NCBI GenBank assembly: GCA_002269645.1 | Contig: NIVC01004735.1 | Span: 1 to 36,607, forward strand | Direction: 5' to 3' | Source of the DNA: Macrostomum lignano | Taxonomy: Eukaryota | Length of the DNA stretch: 36,607 nt | Part shown: positions 31,923 through 36,607 of the stretch, piece after piece | Layout: the number at the start of each line of letters is the position of its first letter | Numbering within the stretch: the stretch's first letter is position 1 | The notes under the pieces: model-generated | What the model was told of the DNA's origin: nothing | The model's input: the letters and a program-made list of their open reading frames with translations, nothing else | The model's database searches: none | Position numbers and translations under genes: made by a program

Positions 31923-34900
31923 TTTGCACCTGCGTATATCAGCCCCATTGAGTGTCATTTCTAAGCTCTCCATTTAATTCTATATATTGACAGCGACAGG
32001 GCTAGTTAGAGATGCTGAGAGTAGCGGGCTCTGCGTCATCTTTGCACCTGTGTATATCAGCCCCATTGAGTGTCATTTCTAAGCTCTCCATTTAATTCTA
32101 TATATTGACAGCGACAGGGCTAGTTAGAGATGCTGAGTGTAGCGGCTCTGCGTCATCTTTGCACCTGTGTATATCAGCCCCATTGAGTGTCATTTCTAAG
32201 CTCTCCATTTAATTCTATATATTGACAGCGACAGGGCTAGTTAGAGATGCTGAGAGTAGCGGGCTCTGCGTCATCTTTGCACCTGTGTATATCAGCCCCA
32301 TTGAGTGTCATTTCTAAGCTCTCCATTTAATTCTATATATTGACAGCGACAGGGCTAGTTAGAGATGCTGAGTGTAGCGAGCTCTGCGTCATCTTTGCAC
32401 CTGTGTATATCAGCCCCATTGAGTGTCATTTCTAAGCTCTCCATTTAATTCTATATATTGACAGCGACAGGGCTAGTTAGAGATGCTGAGAGTAGCGGGC
32501 TCTGCGTCATCTTTGCACCTGTGTATATCAGCCCCATTGAGTGTCATTTCTAAGCTCTCCATTTAATTCTATATATTGACAGCGACAGGGCTAGTTAGAG
32601 ATGCTGAGAGTAGCGGGCTCTGCGTCATCTTTGCACCTGTGCATATCAGCCCCATTGAGTGTCATTTCTAAGCTCTCCATTTAATTCTATATATTGACAG
32701 CGACAGGGCTAGTTAGAGATGCTGAGAGTAGCGGGCTCTGCGTCATCTTTGCACCTGTGTATATCAGCCCCATTGAGTGTCATTTCTAAGCTCTCCATTT
32801 AATTCTATATATTGACAGCGACAGGGCTAGTTAGAGATGCTGAGAGTAGCGGGCTCTGCGTCATCTTTGCACCTGTGTATATCAGCCCCATTGAGTGTCA
32901 TTTCTAAGCTCTCCATTTAATTCTATATATTGACAGCGACAGTGCTAGTTAGAGATGCTGAGAGTAGCGGGCTCTGCGTCATCTTTGCACCTGTGTATAT
33001 CAGCCCCATTGAGTGTCATTTCTAAGCTCTCCATTTAATTCTATATATTGACAGCGACAGGGCTAGTTAGAGATGCTGAGAGTAGCGGGCTCTGCGTCAT
33101 CTTTGCACCTGTGTATATCAGCCCCATTGAGTGTCATTTCTAAGCTCTCCATTTAATTCTATATATTGACAGCGACAGGGCTAGTTAGAGATGCTGAGAG
33201 TAGCGGGCTCTGCGTCATCTTTGCACCTGTGTATATCAGCCCCATTGAGTGTCATTTCTAAGCTCTCCATTTAATTCTATATATTGACAGCGACAGGGCT
33301 AGTTAGAGATGCTGAGAGTAGCGGGCTCTGCGTCATCTTTGCACCTGTGTATATCAGCCCCATTGAGTGTCATTTCTAAGCTCTCCATTTAATTCTATAT
33401 ATTGACAGCGACAGGGCTAGTTAGAGATGCTGAGAGTAGCGGGCTCTGCGTCATCTTTGCACCTGTGCATATCAGCCCCATTGAGTGTCATTTCTAAGCT
33501 CTCCATTTAATTCTATATATTGACAGCGACAGGGCTAGTTAGAGATGCTGAGAGTAGCGGGCTCTGCGTCATCTTTGCACCTGTGTATATCAGCCCCATT
33601 GAGTGTCATTTCTAAGCTCTCCATTTAATTCTATATATTGACAGCGACAGGGCTAGTTAGAGATGCTGAGAGTAGCGGGCTCTGCGTCATCTTTGCACCT
33701 GTGTATATCAGCCCCATTGAGTGTCATTTCTAAGCTCTCCATTTAATTCTATATATTGACAGCGACAGGCTAGTTAGAGATGCTGAGAGTAGCGGGCTCT
33801 GCGTCATCTTTGCACCTGTGTATATCAGCCCCATTGAGTGTCATTTCTAAGCTCTCCATTTAATTCTATATATTGACAGCGACAGGGCTAGTTAGAGATG
33901 CTGAGAGTAGCGGGCTCTGCGTCATCTTTGCACCTGTGTATATCAGCCCCATTGAGTGTCATTTCTAAGCTCTCCATTTAATTCTATATATTGACAGCGA
34001 CAGGGCTAGTTAGAGATGCTGAGAGTAGCGGGCTCTGCGTCATCTTTGCACCTGTGTATATCAGCCCATTGAGTGTCATTTCTAAGCTCTCCATTTAATT
34101 CTATATATTGACAGCGACAGGGCTAGTTAGAGATGCTGAGTGTAGCGGCTCTGCGTCATCTTTGCACCTGTGTATATCAGCCCCATTGAGTGTCATTTCT
34201 AAGCTCTCCATTTAATTCTATATATTGACAGCGACAGGGCTAGTTAGAGATGCTGAGAGTAGCGGGCTCTGCGTCATCTTTGCACCTGTGTATATCAGCC
34301 CCATTGAGTGTCATTTCTAAGCTCTCCATTTAATTCTATATATTGACAGCGACAGGGCTAGTTAGAGATGCTGAGAGTAGCGGGCTCTGCGTCATCTTTG
34401 CACCTGTGTATATCAGCCCCATTGAGTGTCATTTCTAAGCTCTCCATTTAATTCTATATATTGACAGCGACAGGGCTAGTTAGAGATGCTGAGAGTAGCG
34501 GGCTCTGCGTCATCTTTGCACCTGTGTATATCAGCCCCATTGAGTGTCATTTCTAAGCTCTCCATTTAATTCTATATATTGACAGCGACAGGGCTAGTTA
34601 GAGATGCTGAGAGTAGCGGGCTCTGCGTCATCTTTGCACCTGTGTATATCAGCCCCATTGAGTGTCATTTCTAAGCTCTCCATTTAATTCTATATATTGA
34701 CAGCGACAGGGCTAGTTAGAGATGCTGAGAGTAGCGGGCTCTGCGTCATCTTTGCACCTGTGTATATCAGCCCCATTGAGTGTCATTTCTAAGCTCTCCA
34801 TTTAATTCTATATATTGACAGCGACAGGCTAGTTAGAGATGCTGAGAGTAGCGGGCTCTGCGTCATCTTTGCACCTGTGTATATCAGCCCCATTGAGTGT

Positions 34901-36607
34901 CATTTCTAAGCTCTCCATTTAATTCTATATATTGACAGCGACAGGGCTAGTTAGAGATGCTGAGAGTAGCGGGCTCTGCGTCATCTTTGCACCTGTGTAT
35001 ATCAGCCCCATTGAGTGTCATTTCTAAGCTCTCCATTTAATTCTATATATTGACAGCGACAGGGCTAGTTAGAGATGCTGAGAGTAGCGGGCTCTGCGTC
35101 ATCTTTGCACCTGTGTATATCAGCCCCATTGAGTGTCATTTCTAAGCTCTCCATTTAATTCTATATATTGACAGCGACAGGGCTAGTTAGAGATGCTGAG
35201 AGTAGCGGGCTCTGCGTCATCTTTGCACCTGTGTATATCAGCCCCATTGAGTGTCATTTCTAAGCTCTCCATTTAATTCTATATATTGACAGCGACAGGG
35301 CTAGTTAGAGATGCTGAGAGTAGCGGGCTCTGCGTCATCTTTGCACCTGTGTATATCAGCCCCATTGAGTGTCATTTCTAAGCTCTCCATTTAATTCTAT
35401 ATATTGACAGCGACAGGGCTAGTTAGAGATGCTGAGAGGAGCGGGCTCTGCGTCATCTTTGCACCTGTGTATATCAGCCCCATTGAGTGTCATTTCTAAG
35501 CTCTCCATTTAATTCTATATATTGACAGCGACAGGGCTAGTTAGAGATGCTGAGTGTAGCGGGCTCTGCGTCATCATTGCACCTGTGTATATCAGCCCCA
35601 TTGAGTGTCATTTCTAAGCTCTCCATTTAATTCTATATATTGACAGCGACAGGGCTAGTTAGAGATGCTGAGAGGAGCGGGCTCTGCGTCATCTTTGCAC
35701 CTGTGTATATCAGCCCCATTGAGTGTCATTTCTAAGCTCTCCATTTAATTCTATATATTGACAGCGACAGGGCTAGTTAGAGATGCTGAGAGTAGCGGGC
35801 TCTGCGTCATCTTTGCACCTGTGTATATCAGCCCCATTGAGTGTCATTTCTAAGCTCTCCATTTAATTCTATATATTGACAGCGACAGGGCTAGTTAGAG
35901 ATGCTGAGAGTAGCGGGCTCTGCGTCATCTTTGCACCTGTGCATATCAGCCCCATTGAGTGTCATTTCTAAGCTCTCCATTTAATTCTATATATTGACAG
36001 CGACAGGGCTAGTAAAAGATGCTGAGAGTAGCGGGCTCTGCGTCATCTTTGCACCTGTGTATATCAGCCCCATTGAGTGTCATTTCTAAGCTCTCCATTT
36101 AATTCTATATATTGACAGCGACAGGGCTAGTTAGAGATGCTGAGAGTAGCGGGCTCTGCGTCATCTTTGCACCTGTGTATATCAGCCCCATTGAGTGTCA
36201 TTTCTAAGCTCTCCATTTAATTCTATATATTGACAGCGACAGGGCTAGTTAGAGATGCTGAGAGTAGCGGGCTCTGCGTCATCTTTGCACCTGTGTATAT
36301 CAGCCCCATTGAGTGTCATTTCTAAGCTCTCCATTTAATTCTATATATTGACAGCGACAGGCTAGTTAGAGATGCTGAGAGTAGCGGGCTCTGCGTCATC
36401 TTTGCACCTGTGTATATCAGCCCCATTGAGTGTCATTTCTAAGCTCTCCATTTAATTCTATATATTGACAGCGACAGGGCTAGTTAGAGATGCTGAGAGT
36501 AGCGGGCTCTGCGTCATCTTTGCACCTGTGTATATCAGCCCCATTGAGTGTCATTTCTAAGCTCTCCATTTAATTCTATATATTGACAGCGACAGGGCTA
36601 GTTAGAG
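31923..36607. repeat. 118-bp satellite array, about 40 near-identical units, continuing past the window end
   Basis: Unit TGCACCTGTGTATATCAGCCCCATTGAGTGTCATTTCTAAGCTCTCCATTTAATTCTATATATTGACAGCGACAGGGCTAGTTAGAGATGCTGAGAGTAGCGGGCTCTGCGTCATCTT; the period is confirmed by a 2-bp register shift every 120 bp. Confidence 0.97.

Noticed and set aside
31923-36607. 118-bp unit as a hammerhead ribozyme, tRNA/SINE, 5S or SL RNA array, or CRISPR
   Set aside because: No CUGANGA/GAAA core, no B-box, no Sm site and no unique spacers seen by eye. An Infernal scan would be needed to exclude other RNA families.

Overview
Eukaryotic (animal) genomic DNA with GT-AG introns and a very high density of tandem repeats. 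The style suggests a long-read assembly of an invertebrate such as the flatworm Macrostomum; this is inference only. Three gene systems are present, each as a tandem pair. (1) 117-5437 (+): two complete, capped ankyrin-repeat solenoids followed by a two-exon Ser/Thr (MAP3K/STE-like) kinase. All splice phases match, so they probably form one ANK-ANK-kinase gene of about 1,510 aa; three single-G deletions break the first ANK exon. (2) 9871-15067 and 17724-19851 (+): two 3-exon ELOVL (ELOVL1/7-like) fatty-acid elongases. (3) 22744-27200 and 29900-31219 (-): two divergent tetraspanins that the ORF track does not show. One is complete with 6 exons; the other lacks TM1/TM2 exons in this window. Almost every larger intron and intergenic gap carries a different minisatellite, with units of 4-118 bp. 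Also present are a 923-bp MITE with 15-bp TIRs, a tRNA-derived SINE with a 15-bp TSD, a Penelope-like GIY-YIG relic beside an 800-bp (GACA)n tract, and a 118-bp satellite of at least 4.7 kb that runs off the right end. Most long ORFs in the six-frame track are translations of these repeats, not genes.
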